Below are positions 46,262-56,062 of a stretch of DNA of 64,000 nucleotides, piece after piece. Position 1 is the stretch's first letter. Every line of letters starts with the position of its first letter. The stretch is from positions 22,043 through 86,042 of IMG/VR virus record IMGVR_UViG_2513237100_000001; one strand, 5' to 3'. Origin of the DNA: a virus (Duplodnaviria; Caudoviricetes). Position numbers and translations under genes: made by a program. The notes beneath the pieces were generated by a model. The model searched no databases. It had not been told where the DNA came from and saw only the letters and a program-made list of their open reading frames with translations.

Positions 46262-46435
46262 TCAGTCGTTGTCCGGCTCGTTCTGCGACATCTCGTTGAA
46301 GTAGATCGCCGCGAATCGGACAGCGGAGGGTTCGCTGAGGCCGGCCTTCTTCAGGCCGACGATCAGCTCAGCCATGTGGAGCATCGCCTCGTCCATGTGC
46401 GTCATCTTCAGGTCCGGGAACTCGTCCGGTTGCAT
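46262..46435 (-). CDS. small hypothetical protein
   Basis: MQPDEFPDLKMTHMDEAML...GLKKAGLSE; hairpin downstream. Confidence 0.5.
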   Translation of the reverse strand: MQPDEFPDLKMTHMDEAMLHMAELIVGLKKAGLSEPSAVRFAAIYFNEMSQNEPDND

Positions 46436-48506
46436 CGTGTGAAACCTCGCCGGTAGGGGCTGCGTAGGTTCCATCATCGCCTCTCATGAGCCTGTTTTGC
46501 AGGCCGAGTTTGGAGCAAAGGTCGCGGAACGTTCGGTCGGACTTGTCGTAGCCGGCGCGAACCATCAGGGGGTAGATCTCGGACGGTTTCGCGGGCCCGC
46601 CTTGGGCGGTGAACAGTTCGACGGCGAGGTCGTCGTTCGACTTGGGGCGGGGTGCAGCCTTGGCGAGCTCGATGGCGGCTTCCTGCTGGGCGGCGCGGTC
46701 GAGGTCGTTGTCATCGAGGAACGCTTCGGTCAGGCGGGGGATGTCGGCGTTGTTTCCTGCGGTGGGGGCGTTGTCCGGGTCGAGGAGCAGGGAAGGCGGG
46801 ACGGGGGTGTCCCAGGACTGGTAGAGCTCCCACACGGATTCGTGCATGCGGTCGGGGGTGACGTTGCCGTGGGCGTCGCCGCGGAGGTTCGGGATGATGC
46901 GGGCCCAGCGCTGGGTCCAGGCGAGTCCCATAGCCCGTGCGGTGAGCTCGTCCATGTCGGGGCGGTGGGATGAGAGATCGCGGGCGGCGTCCATGAAGAG
47001 GGTCTGCATCCGCTGGTGATCGGCGGAGCCTTCAGGAAAGGCCTCGGCCATGGTGGCGTACGCCTTCGCGGGGGTGGGGTGGAAGGGGCCCTTGGTCGTG
47101 GACATGTAGGCGATGGTTCCGGGGTCGGTGAAGATCGCCATGTCGGGTGCGCCGGCGTCGGGGAACAGCATCTGGAGCTCGCTGCTGTTGTTGGTGCGGA
47201 GGCCGAGGCGGCCGGGGGTGAGTTCGTCCATGGTGCCGGTGATGTATTCGCGGGTGGCGCGGAGGCCGGTGTTGGAGACGCGGACGTTGACGGATCGGCC
47301 TTCCTCGATGATGAAGTCGATACCGTCCAGGACGTCGTCGGGCATGGATTTCGTCTCGTCGACGCGGATGTGGATGGCGGGGATGTCGGGGCGGGCGGGC
47401 AGGTTGTCGACGTCTTCGTCCTCAAGGAGGTCGGCGTACTGGGTTTTGCGGGCGGCGATGGCGGCCTTCGCGGCCTGGATGACGAGGCGGCATTCGTCTT
47501 CGGTGGTGGCGGGCCAGTCGATGAGAGGCCGGCCGATGCCGTACCGCAGGTACGGGTTCACGAAGACCGCGGACATTTTCGCGGACGTGTCGAGGTCGAT
47601 GACGATGGCGTCGACGCAGCGGACCAGGCCGAGCCCGAGGGTCTTCATGAGGGCGGTCTTGCCGGAGCCCTGGGCGCCGACCGCGATGAACCCTTCGTCC
47701 TTGAGGTTGAGGGCGGCTTCGTCCCCGTTCCCGACGATCCCGAACCCGACGGGGTTGTTGATCGTGGTCGGGGTGAGGGACGGGTACGGGATCGCGCCGG
47801 CCATCATGTTCTTCCTGGTGATGGCCATGAACACGACGTTGCGGGGGACGTCGGGGCCGCCGGCGTTGAAGGAGACGCCGCCGCCCTTGGGGAGGTGGAG
47901 GGCTCCGGCGAGGGCGGCTTCGTAGCCGCGGAGCGCGTCGACGTTGAGGTGGGAGGGCAGGGTCAGCTTCACGGTTTCGCCGGCGCCGGACTTCCACCGG
48001 TCAACGACCGGGTCAGCGACGATGCCATCAATGCCACACACGTCGTCAAGGAGCTTGGCCCACCCGTTCTGCGCCTTCTTGATCTCCTCGCCCTGTTCCA
48101 GGCGCCGGTCGAGTTCCTTCTCTGCGGCCTTGGTCTCCTCGCCCCACAGGTCCATGCCGATGTTGACTGCGCCGCCGGCGGCCCAGATCGCCCCACCGAA
48201 CGCCATGGTGAGGAGGGTGGGGCCGGTGGCGAGGGTGTAGGACAGCCAGCCGGTGGTGGCGAGCCAGGATGCGGCGCGGGCGACCTGGACGCGTCGCCAG
48301 GATCCGCGGGCGTGTTCGTAGGCGACTGCGGTGCCGGTGGCGATGACTCCGGCACCGGCACCGGCCTGCCAGGGGATGTCGGCTAGGGGGGCGACGAGGG
48401 CGGATGCGAGGGCGAGTTCGCTGCCCCAGGCGACGAGGCGGCCGGGGGTGACGGAGTCGCGGGAGAAGTCCCACCGCTTCGGCACGGTCTCGATGTTGCT
48501 GGTCAT
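46368..48506 (-). CDS. traB: FtsK/SpoIIIE-type conjugative DNA translocase
   Basis: N-terminal TMs, GAQGSGKT Walker A, IHIRVDE Walker B, EEGRS, C-terminal wHTH-like segment. Confidence 0.8.
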   Translation of the reverse strand: MTSNIETVPKRWDFSRDSVTPGRLVAWGSELALASALVAPLADIPWQAGAGAGVIATGTAVAYEHARGSWRRVQVARAASWLATTGWLSYTLATGPTLLTMAFGGAIWAAGGAVNIGMDLWGEETKAAEKELDRRLEQGEEIKKAQNGWAKLLDDVCGIDGIVADPVVDRWKSGAGETVKLTLPSHLNVDALRGYEAALAGALHLPKGGGVSFNAGGPDVPRNVVFMAITRKNMMAGAIPYPSLTPTTINNPVGFGIVGNGDEAALNLKDEGFIAVGAQGSGKTALMKTLGLGLVRCVDAIVIDLDTSAKMSAVFVNPYLRYGIGRPLIDWPATTEDECRLVIQAAKAAIAARKTQYADLLEDEDVDNLPARPDIPAIHIRVDETKSMPDDVLDGIDFIIEEGRSVNVRVSNTGLRATREYITGTMDELTPGRLGLRTNNSSELQMLFPDAGAPDMAIFTDPGTIAYMSTTKGPFHPTPAKAYATMAEAFPEGSADHQRMQTLFMDAARDLSSHRPDMDELTARAMGLAWTQRWARIIPNLRGDAHGNVTPDRMHESVWELYQSWDTPVPPSLLLDPDNAPTAGNNADIPRLTEAFLDDNDLDRAAQQEAAIELAKAAPRPKSNDDLAVELFTAQGGPAKPSEIYPLMVRAGYDKSDRTFRDLCSKLGLQNRLMRGDDGTYAAPTGEVSHDATGRVPGPEDDAHGRGDAPHG

Positions 48507-48538
48507 GGCTGGTGTCTCCTTCCTGGTTCAGGGGGTGG

Positions 48539-50740
48539 TCAGTTGGATGAGCTGGTGCGGCCGACGACGTCCCACTTGCGTTCCGCGTAGGCGCCCTTCC
48601 CGGCACGGCCGACGGAGTTAAGGCGCAGCTCCCGTTCGTGGGCCTTCTGGGCGGCGCTGATGGCCTTGCGGATCTCGGCGGCGACACGGCGTACCTGCCC
48701 GGCGGTGCGGTGCACGGTCTCGTCGACGACGTTCTCCGTGGGCCAGGTGTCCTGCATCCGCTTGTAGAGCTTGTTGATGGAGTCAGCGACGGCGTCGACT
48801 CCGGCCTGGGCTCCGTACACCTCGGACAGGACGGTCACCATGTGGCCGCGGTTGAAGTTCTTCATCAGGTCGATGAGCTTCTTCGTGCTGGCATCGGAGA
48901 CGGGGACGAGCTTGCTGACGCCCTGGCCAGCCCCGGACTGCCCGGAACTGCTGGCGGGGAGGGCCCGGCGGTTGGTGTTCGCGGTGGCGATGGCGGCCCG
49001 AAGCTTCGCCGCGTCGAGGGTGCCGCGGGCGTTGCGGATGTTCCACCGTTCCTCGCCGAGGCGCGGGTCGAGGACGCGGATGATGTCTTCGCGGTGTGCC
49101 TGGACGAACACGGTCATGATGCTTTCGGACATGACGCCAGCGGTGCGGGCAGCGACGGCAGCGTTCTCCAGGTGCTTGATGACCGAGGGATGCAGCGGCG
49201 CGGTACGGGCGAGGGCCTGGGCGGCTTCCTTGACGGCCACGGACAGGTTCTTGCACATGTTCGGGATGCCGGTGAGTTCGACGATGTGGTCGGCCATGTC
49301 GGCGTCGGCGTCGCTGTGGAGGCCGTGGGTGAGCTGGTCGGCCATGGCGCGGAGGATGAGGTAGGCGGTGGTACCCCGGTGGTCGATGCGCCGGGCGATG
49401 GCGACGCCGGCGGTGCGGGTGGCGACGGGGCCAGCGGGGATCGCGGGGTAGTTCACGGGGGTGCTCCTCGGCGTTTCGGCTGCTGCGGTGAGGTCGAGCA
49501 GGTGGTCCTGGCGGTGCACTTCGAGGTCGATGACGTGGTTGGCGCGGGCGGTGACCTGTCGGCGGACGGTGCGGGGGTCACCCATGTCGCCGTCTCGGGC
49601 CGCCTGGGCGGCGGCCTTCTTCCCTGCGATGGCGGCCTGGCGGCGGCGGGCCTTTTCGCGCTTGGCGCGGATGAGGGCGATGCGGTCCTCATCGATGACT
49701 TCGCCGTCGATGACGTCGCCCGGGACTTTGCGGGGGCGGGGCGGGTAGTCGTCGTCGACGAGTTCGGCGTCGATGACCTCGTCGGGGGCGTAGCCGGGCT
49801 TCGGGGGTACGCCGCCAGTTCCTCCCCCAGGGCGCTTGGGGTTCTTCGGTTCGAGGCCGTCGCGTGCGGTCGCGCTGGACTCGTCACCGGCACCGTTGCT
49901 GTTGCGGCGGCGCTTCTTACGGTCTCGGTCCTTCTTGTCCTTGCGGTCCTTCGGCGTCTTCGGACCGAGCCCGTCGGGGGTGCTTGCCCATGGGGCGCCG
50001 TCGCCGTTGCTCTTGCGGTTCCTGTTCTTCTTGCCGTTCTTCTCGTCGGTGCCACTGCTGTTCTTGGGGGTCTTGTCGGTCGCGCCGCGGTTTTTCAGCT
50101 TGTTGGCGAGACCCTTGCCGAGCTTGCTGAGCCGGTCGGCTACGGGGTCCTTGATCTTCGGTTTCTTCTGGGCGCCGGTCCCGCTGCTGCTGTTCGACGC
50201 GCCGAGCCCGTTCGAGGTGCGGTGCCGGCCGCTGCCTCCACTGCCGGGGCCCTGGTTGCGGAGACCGCTGCCGTTGTTCCGGCCCCCGTTCCCGCGGCCG
50301 TTCCCGCGCCCCGGACCGCCTGATGACCGTCCTCCGGAGGGCGAACCGGGGCTGGTGCTGTTGCTGTTCTGGTCGTGCTCGTGGCGCCTGCTGCGCCACA
50401 TCACTGCGGCGGCGATTACGGGTCCACTGATGCCTCCGATGACGGCTCCGACGGGGCCAGCGATGAGGAATCCGGTACCGATCGCAGCCGTTTCACCGCT
50501 CACGCTGTGTGAGATCGCCGCGTATCCGTTTCGCAGGGAGTTACCCCCATTAGTCCGAGACGTTCGCGGGGCGGGGCGGGGCGGGGAAGGGTTCCGGGGC
50601 TGCTGAACGACCACCAGGGGCCCATTCTGGCTTCCGCCCCGCCCCGCCCCGCCGCCTGCATCGTCACTCAACGTGAACGCCGGAGGTGTCGTTGGGCCTG
50701 GCTCGGCCGGGGTAATCGTGTCTGCGCTCACGTCCTGCAC
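48539..50740 (-). CDS. large transfer-associated protein
   Basis: TM segment, disordered Gly/Lys region, two similar C-terminal helical units; directly upstream of traB. Confidence 0.65.
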   Translation of the reverse strand: MQDVSADTITPAEPGPTTPPAFTLSDDAGGGAGRGGSQNGPLVVVQQPRNPSPPRPAPRTSRTNGGNSLRNGYAAISHSVSGETAAIGTGFLIAGPVGAVIGGISGPVIAAAVMWRSRRHEHDQNSNSTSPGSPSGGRSSGGPGRGNGRGNGGRNNGSGLRNQGPGSGGSGRHRTSNGLGASNSSSGTGAQKKPKIKDPVADRLSKLGKGLANKLKNRGATDKTPKNSSGTDEKNGKKNRNRKSNGDGAPWASTPDGLGPKTPKDRKDKKDRDRKKRRRNSNGAGDESSATARDGLEPKNPKRPGGGTGGVPPKPGYAPDEVIDAELVDDDYPPRPRKVPGDVIDGEVIDEDRIALIRAKREKARRRQAAIAGKKAAAQAARDGDMGDPRTVRRQVTARANHVIDLEVHRQDHLLDLTAAAETPRSTPVNYPAIPAGPVATRTAGVAIARRIDHRGTTAYLILRAMADQLTHGLHSDADADMADHIVELTGIPNMCKNLSVAVKEAAQALARTAPLHPSVIKHLENAAVAARTAGVMSESIMTVFVQAHREDIIRVLDPRLGEERWNIRNARGTLDAAKLRAAIATANTNRRALPASSSGQSGAGQGVSKLVPVSDASTKKLIDLMKNFNRGHMVTVLSEVYGAQAGVDAVADSINKLYKRMQDTWPTENVVDETVHRTAGQVRRVAAEIRKAISAAQKAHERELRLNSVGRAGKGAYAERKWDVVGRTSSSN

Positions 50741-50769
50741 TTCCTTCCAGCGAGTTGCGGGTGGGTGGC

Positions 50770-50976
50770 CTAGAGGGGCTCGTAGGCGTATTCGGAGGCC
50801 TCGTAGGGGTGCTGTCGGGGCAGGTCCTCGATGTGGCGGAGGGCCGCGGCGAGCTCCTCCTGGACCTGCTGCATGTCGAGGACCTGGTACGCCTCGTCGG
50901 TGGCCGGCAGGGGGGTGGTGCCGACGGGCCGGAGGGCGGGGCGGGCGGAGTACGACGGGGTGAGGGTGGGGTTCAT
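50770..50976 (-). CDS. hypothetical protein
   Basis: GAGGAG RBS. Confidence 0.6.
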   Translation of the reverse strand: MNPTLTPSYSARPALRPVGTTPLPATDEAYQVLDMQQVQEELAAALRHIEDLPRQHPYEASEYAYEPL

Positions 50977-51000
50977 GGGGGCTCCTCTGGTGGCTGACGG

Positions 51001-52221
51001 TTACGGGTTGTTGCCGGTGACCTTGATGTGGACCTCCTTGTAGAGGGCGCGGATGTCGTCGGTCTTCAGGCCGTATCCGGCGTCACGCCAGGCCTTCTCG
51101 AAGGCGTTCTGGGAGGGGGCCTGGCCGGTGACGCGGAGGTCGAAGTAGAGGTCGAAGGCGAGGGTGCGCCGGTCCGGGGTGCCCCCGGTGGGTCCCTGGT
51201 TCGCCTGCGCCGTGGCGGGGTTCGCGTTGGGCGTGCCTGCACCGTGGCCGGGGGTGTGCCCGGGTGCGCCCCCGCTGGTCAGAGCGTTGCCGCCGTTCGT
51301 CTGTGCCTCGGGTGCGCCCTGCGGGTCGAATGCGGGGCGCAGCGAGCGAAGGCTGTACTCCTCGGACCGGTCGGGGAGGTTCTTGAAGGCCTGCATGCGG
51401 TCGATGCGGGTCGTGATCCGCATCTCGACGCCGAGTTCGTCGAGGGTGTCTCCGAGTCCGTGGAAGGAGGCGTCGCCGGCGCGCATGAGGGCCTTCTCGT
51501 AGCGGCGGGTTCCGAACTTGCCGATGGCCCACCAGGGCTTACCGAGAGTGGCGAGGGTGATCAGCTTGTCCTGGGCGTTGCGGCGGCTGATGGACTCGGC
51601 GTCGGCGCCTCGGGAGCCGATGCCGAGCTTGGATTCGAGGCGCTTGAGCCGGTCGCGCCAGGCTCGGGCAAGGATGCCGTCGGACCTGATCTCGATCTTC
51701 TTGAGCTTCGTTTCGAGCCCGAGGAGCTTGTGGAGGCCGTAGGCGAGCATCACGGGTCCGACGATGCGGACAACTGCGGTGCCGAGGTCTTCGTGCTGGA
51801 ACCTGACGACCTCAACGGCTCCGATGGCCTGGGCGAGGACGAGGAGGTACGCGGTACGTGCTGTGCCTTTGTCCTCGAAAGCCCAGGAGTAGAGGGTGAG
51901 GCCGAGGACGATGCCTTCGAGTGCGAGGCCGATCGTGAGGGTCCAGGGGGACTTCATGTGGAGTCGTGCCCCGGCGAAGACGATTGAGGTGTTGGCGGAG
52001 AGTCCGAATCCGAGGAGTACGACGAGGCCCATGCCGGCGAAGCCGGTGAGGGTGCGTCGCTTCTTCGGGTTCGGGGCCTTCGCGCGGCGGGTGACAGCGC
52101 GGGTCTTGCTGCCGATACGGCGGCCGAGGATGAGTGTGGCGAGGGCGAGGAGGGTGGCCCATGCCTGCACGGGCACCTGCTCGGCCGCGGTCTGCACTGT
52201 GGTCAGCATGGGCGTGGTCAT
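51001..52221 (-). CDS. Spd-like (spread) multi-TM protein
   Basis: 4-5 TMs, VRIVGPV, helical middle region and C-terminal HTH-like segment. Confidence 0.6.
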   Translation of the reverse strand: MTTPMLTTVQTAAEQVPVQAWATLLALATLILGRRIGSKTRAVTRRAKAPNPKKRRTLTGFAGMGLVVLLGFGLSANTSIVFAGARLHMKSPWTLTIGLALEGIVLGLTLYSWAFEDKGTARTAYLLVLAQAIGAVEVVRFQHEDLGTAVVRIVGPVMLAYGLHKLLGLETKLKKIEIRSDGILARAWRDRLKRLESKLGIGSRGADAESISRRNAQDKLITLATLGKPWWAIGKFGTRRYEKALMRAGDASFHGLGDTLDELGVEMRITTRIDRMQAFKNLPDRSEEYSLRSLRPAFDPQGAPEAQTNGGNALTSGGAPGHTPGHGAGTPNANPATAQANQGPTGGTPDRRTLAFDLYFDLRVTGQAPSQNAFEKAWRDAGYGLKTDDIRALYKEVHIKVTGNNP

Positions 52222-52376
52222 CGGGTTCGGTGTCCTTTCCAGGCGTATGCGGTGGCTGTGGCGGCGAGGAGTGCGGGTGCGAGTTGGTTGGTGAGGAGTG
52301 CGAGGAGGGTGAGGGCGAGGAACCCGTAGCGGGCGAGGGGTGAGCTGCGGCGCGAGTGTCTGCGGGTGTGGGTCAT
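52218..52376 (-). CDS. small membrane protein
   Basis: YGFLALTLLALL...; ATGA coupling. Confidence 0.55.
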   Translation of the reverse strand: MTHTRRHSRRSSPLARYGFLALTLLALLTNQLAPALLAATATAYAWKGHRTR

Positions 52377-52756
52377 CGGCAGCGGCGGCAGCCCGCGCCG
52401 TGGGCGATCCGGCACAGTTCCTCCGGGGTGAAACCGCCCAGAGTGCCGGTGTGGGTCACCTCGGATTCCGTTACACGCCCGCGTCCGCTGCCGTCGGGAA
52501 CGTCGATCTCCCACCCGGTGGTGACGTACTTGCCACGCCCGACCTTCTTGATCTGGCCGACGGTCCTGATCCGTGCACGCTTTGCCGCGCTGGCTTCTCG
52601 GCGTTCCTGCGCCCGGACCATCGCCGTGCGCTTGGCCTCCTGGTAGACGGCTTCCGGAATGGCCGCCGCCGGGGCGGTAGCCGCAGCCTGCTGGGCGGCG
52701 CGGTAACGCTCCTCTTCCGTGCTGACGCGGTCGATCTTGCGGCTGAACAAGCCCAT
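52373..52756 (-). CDS. hypothetical protein
   Basis: AAGGAG RBS; MGLFSRKID. Confidence 0.65.
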   Translation of the reverse strand: MGLFSRKIDRVSTEEERYRAAQQAAATAPAAAIPEAVYQEAKRTAMVRAQERREASAAKRARIRTVGQIKKVGRGKYVTTGWEIDVPDGSGRGRVTESEVTHTGTLGGFTPEELCRIAHGAGCRRCR

Positions 52757-52843
52757 GGGGTTCTCCTTCGGGTGGGGTCCGGGTGGTCCGGGCCTCTCCA
52801 CCGCCACCAGCCGACGTGGCTGGTGGCGGTGGGGCGGGCCGGG

Positions 52844-53110
52844 TCAGAGGGTGCGGGTGACGGCGCCGCGGACGCGGGTCTCGGGGAAGGCGATGGCGTA
52901 CCCGTCGGACAGGTGGATCTCGACCCAGCCGGCCGCGAGTTCGTAGCCCTGGACGGTGACGGGGATGTCCTCGTCGGTGCTGGTCGTGATGGTGCCGGTG
53001 GGGGCGGCCTGTCCCTTGCGGTAGGTGGCGCCGTCGGTGGTGGTGATCTCGAAGTGCACCTGCTGTGGGGTGGTGTCGGTGGTCGGTTCGGTGTCGGTCT
53101 GCGTGGTCAC
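52844..53110 (-). CDS. hypothetical protein
   Basis: ORF with RBS, followed by a hairpin. Confidence 0.65.
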   Translation of the reverse strand: MTTQTDTEPTTDTTPQQVHFEITTTDGATYRKGQAAPTGTITTSTDEDIPVTVQGYELAAGWVEIHLSDGYAIAFPETRVRGAVTRTL

Positions 53111-53144
53111 GGCGGGCCCTTTCGGTAGGTGGGTGGTGGGTGGG

Positions 53145-53450
53145 TCAGCACATGTCGCGGTACTCGGAGACCATGTCGTCGGCGTAGACCAGGTTCCTCG
53201 CGGCCTTCTTCAGGAGCACGGCTCGCTCGGCGGGGTCCGTGCTGCTGGCGGCGTCGACCAGGTACGTGGCTGCGGTCTCCAGCTCCTCGGTGCCGTTGAT
53301 CCCGGCGAGCTCGAAGTTCCGGATGGAGTACCGCAGGTGGGTGGCGAAGTCGTCGACGGTGGTGGCGGGCTCTTCCTCGGCGACGTACGCGATGTCGACG
53401 GCGTAGTCGGCGAGGAGAGTCTCGGCGGTGATGGTCTTCGTGGCGGGCAT
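53145..53450 (-). CDS. hypothetical protein
   Basis: MPATKTITAETLLADYAVD. Confidence 0.7.
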   Translation of the reverse strand: MPATKTITAETLLADYAVDIAYVAEEEPATTVDDFATHLRYSIRNFELAGINGTEELETAATYLVDAASSTDPAERAVLLKKAARNLVYADDMVSEYRDMC

Positions 53451-53461
53451 GTTGGTCCCTT

Positions 53462-53569
53462 TCAGCAGTCGGGGCAGGTGTCGTCGCCGGTGCACTGGTC
53501 GGCATGGCGGCAGCCTTCGTTGCAGTACGGGTAACCGCCGGGCGCGCCGCAGAGGATGCACTCGTCCAT
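53462..53569 (-). CDS. 35-aa Cys-rich peptide
   Basis: MDECILCGAPGGYPYCNEGCRHADQCTGDDTCPDC. Confidence 0.5.
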   Translation of the reverse strand: MDECILCGAPGGYPYCNEGCRHADQCTGDDTCPDC

Positions 53570-53572
53570 GGG

Positions 53573-53752
53573 CTAGTCCCCGTAGTTCTCGGGGAGGCCG
53601 TGGCGGCGAAGCCACTCGCTCTCGTAGTCGATGCGGCCGACTGCCTCGAACGTGGCGCGGGCGTCGTTGACCTCGGCGTCGGTCATTTCCGGGGTGGTCT
53701 TGTTCGCCCAGGTCTTGCCGATGAGGTTGGGCCAGCGGTCTGCGGATCCCAT
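53573..53752 (-). CDS. hypothetical protein
   Basis: AAAGGA RBS; MGSADRWPNLIGKTWAN. Confidence 0.6.
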   Translation of the reverse strand: MGSADRWPNLIGKTWANKTTPEMTDAEVNDARATFEAVGRIDYESEWLRRHGLPENYGD

Positions 53753-53845
53753 GAGCGGTCCTTTCGGTGGTTGGGGTGGTGGGGAGTGCTCTGGGCCCGA
53801 GTCGATCGGGCGGCCTCGCGCCGTGATCCAGAGCTGTCGGGCTGG

Positions 53846-54091
53846 TCAGCCTGCGGCGGACCAGGTGCCGTCCGGGTTGCGGTCGAAGCCGGTGGCGGTG
53901 GCCCGGTGGGCGAAGCGGCGGGTGATGACGGCCCGGTTGCCTCGGGTCTTCACGTCGGTTCCGGACTCGCGGCCCCAGGCTTCGATCTGGGCGGTGGTGA
54001 ACTTCTGCTTCTCCGGGCGGTCGCTGTAGGTGTTGCTGCCGATGGATCCGGTGGATCCGTTGTCGGGAAAGAGGCGGGAGAGGAGTCCCAT
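53846..54091 (-). CDS. hypothetical protein
   Basis: GAAGGA RBS; MGLLSRLFP. Confidence 0.65.
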   Translation of the reverse strand: MGLLSRLFPDNGSTGSIGSNTYSDRPEKQKFTTAQIEAWGRESGTDVKTRGNRAVITRRFAHRATATGFDRNPDGTWSAAG

Positions 54092-54110
54092 ATGCGTGGT
54101 CCTTCCGGGG

Positions 54111-54482
54111 TCAGTAGCTGCTGATGGCGGCGGATGCGTTGCTGGTGTGGGTGCGGAGGTCGGGGTCCTGGAGGTTGTAGGCGGCCAACTGGCCGTGGTG
54201 TTCGCACGCTTTGCGGCGTTCGGCGGGGAGGTTGGCGACGGCGGGTTGGGTGTCGGGGTTGGTGAGGTGGGTGATGGTGTGGGCGATGGCGGTGAGGACG
54301 TCGGCCCCGTCGGAGCCGGCGAGGGCGGCGATGATGGTCTGGAGCCGGTCTGCGGTGTGGGTGCTGGCGGCCAGGAGTGCGAGGCCGTGGCGGATGTGGT
54401 CGATGCCGTGGTGGATGCCGGACAGGTCGTCGAGGGTGTCGTCGAGGTCCGTGGTGGCGGTGAGAGCGGTGAGGGTGGTCAC
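54111..54482 (-). CDS. hypothetical protein
   Basis: GGAGG RBS, GTGA coupling. Confidence 0.65.
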   Translation of the reverse strand: MTTLTALTATTDLDDTLDDLSGIHHGIDHIRHGLALLAASTHTADRLQTIIAALAGSDGADVLTAIAHTITHLTNPDTQPAVANLPAERRKACEHHGQLAAYNLQDPDLRTHTSNASAAISSY

Positions 54483-54613
54483 TTGTGGCCTCCGGCGGTC
54501 TTCCGCGCTTTCTGGGCGGCTTCTGCGGCTTTGGCGGCGGCCTTCGCTTCGGCGATGCGCTTCGCGGCGAGGGCGTCGGCGGCCTGCTGCTCCTCGTACG
54601 GGCTGGGTCTCAC
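54479..54613 (-). CDS. small Ala/Lys-rich protein
   Basis: Coupled by overlaps. Confidence 0.5.
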   Translation of the reverse strand: MRPSPYEEQQAADALAAKRIAEAKAAAKAAEAAQKARKTAGGHK

Positions 54614-54990
54614 AGGGCACCCCCACTGCCGTCGTCGGTGATCTGATCGAACGCGGCGACTGCCTGATCGGGGTTGATGACGGCCATGGCCATCAGGTAG
54701 TCGGGGTCGAGGCTGATGCAGTGGTCTTCGAGCTGGGCGATGAGGAGCGGGTCGAGGCCGTCGGCACCCTGGTTGGGTGCGAAGTTCTCGGGGGCCCGGG
54801 TCGCGTAGTCGGCGACGGCGGACACCGCCTGCGTGGTGTGCTCTAGGCCGGGGGTGGGGAGTGTGACGTCGCCGATGTAGTCGCCGTCGCCGGTCAGGGC
54901 GATCAGGCGGATCGCGGTCGGCTGGTCGGGGTTGGTCAGGCGGCGGAGTTCGGCGAGGAGTTGGAGGGCGTGGAGGTCGTCGGGGCTCAT
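54610..54990 (-). CDS. hypothetical protein
   Basis: MSPDDLHALQLLAELRRL; ATGA coupling. Confidence 0.65.
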   Translation of the reverse strand: MSPDDLHALQLLAELRRLTNPDQPTAIRLIALTGDGDYIGDVTLPTPGLEHTTQAVSAVADYATRAPENFAPNQGADGLDPLLIAQLEDHCISLDPDYLMAMAVINPDQAVAAFDQITDDGSGGAL

Positions 54991-55325
54991 GCCGCACCCC
55001 TCACCTGGGTGGGGGTGGTGAGGGCGGTGAGCTGTTCGGGGGTGACACCGAGCCGGTCGATGACCTCTGCCAGGCCGGCGTCGGTGATGTCGAGGCTGAC
55101 GCACTTCGTGTGCGCGTCCTCGGTGTACATGGGGATGGGGGAGATCGTGATGCGGACCCCGGTCTGCCCGACCCGGATGCCGGTACCGGCGATGCGGATA
55201 AGGGCGACCTTGAGGACGTCGATGGTGGTGAGGGTGCGGGGGGTCAGCGGCTTCCCTCCCCACAGGTAGGTGCCGTCAGGCTGGGACTGGGGGGCGGCCG
55301 GTTCGGGGGTGCGGTTCGTTGTCAC
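54987..55325 (-). CDS. hypothetical protein
   Basis: GTGA coupling. Confidence 0.6.
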   Translation of the reverse strand: MTTNRTPEPAAPQSQPDGTYLWGGKPLTPRTLTTIDVLKVALIRIAGTGIRVGQTGVRITISPIPMYTEDAHTKCVSLDITDAGLAEVIDRLGVTPEQLTALTTPTQVRGAA

Positions 55326-55810
55326 GCTGCCACCGCCTGGATGACGAAGCCCCCATTGCCCCGCTTGATGCCGGTGGCAAGGAGACGGCGGCCGGTGCCC
55401 GGTACCAGCAGGCGGGTGATGCGGTCCAGGAGGTCCGTGGTCGTCATCTCCGAAGCCGTGGTGTCGGCGAGGAGGGTGTACGCCCGGTCCGCGTCCTTCG
55501 TTGCCTCGTCCCACGCGTAGTCGGCCATGTCGTCGGCTTCCCGGATGTTCCGTTCCCGGGTCTCCTGGGTGTGGTAGTTGCCGTGCCGGTTGTCGGACCG
55601 GGTGATGGAGGCGGCGCGGTTGAACTGGGCGCACTGGTGGGTGAGGCGGGCGGACGCGTGCAGCACGTTGCGCAGTGCGGCGTGGGTGAAGACCCGGTCC
55701 TGGTTGGTGGGCTGGGCGAGCCGGCGGGCGAGGTCGGTGAGGAACTCGCTGGACGGCAGGCGGGTGGGGGTGAGTGCGGTGGGCCCGCTGGTGCGGCTAC
55801 GCTGATTCAC
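55322..55810 (-). CDS. hypothetical protein, first gene of the Kor-controlled operon
   Basis: AGGAGG RBS + GTG. Confidence 0.65.
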   Translation of the reverse strand: MNQRSRTSGPTALTPTRLPSSEFLTDLARRLAQPTNQDRVFTHAALRNVLHASARLTHQCAQFNRAASITRSDNRHGNYHTQETRERNIREADDMADYAWDEATKDADRAYTLLADTTASEMTTTDLLDRITRLLVPGTGRRLLATGIKRGNGGFVIQAVAA

Positions 55811-55964
55811 GCGGATCGACCTCCTGGTTAGAGCAGGTGGGACACGGTTCGTCGGGCTCTTCGGGGCCCCCATTGGGTCCGGGTGGTGACACACCCGGGC
55901 CCTTTGGCGTTTTTGGGCCGCCGCCGTTTCCGACAACATCAATGTAGCGCCCTTGCGGCGCCTT

Positions 55965-55980
55965 GCGCTAGTACTAGCGC
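55965..55980. promoter_or_regulatory. palindromic operator (probable GntR/Kor site)
   Basis: Perfect 16-bp palindrome GCGCTAGTACTAGCGC between divergent genes. Confidence 0.75.
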
Positions 55981-56062
55981 GAGTTCTTTCGGTCGACTAC
56001 TCTCGAACACACCGCTGCACACAACGAAGTGCGCAGCACACACCCTCGAAGGGAGGCAGTCC

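Noticed and set aside
51170-51320. clt/TRS 8-bp repeats for TraB
   Set aside because: GGGTGYGCCC-like repeats are few, inside a CDS and expected in GC-rich DNA; no convincing clt array was found by eye.
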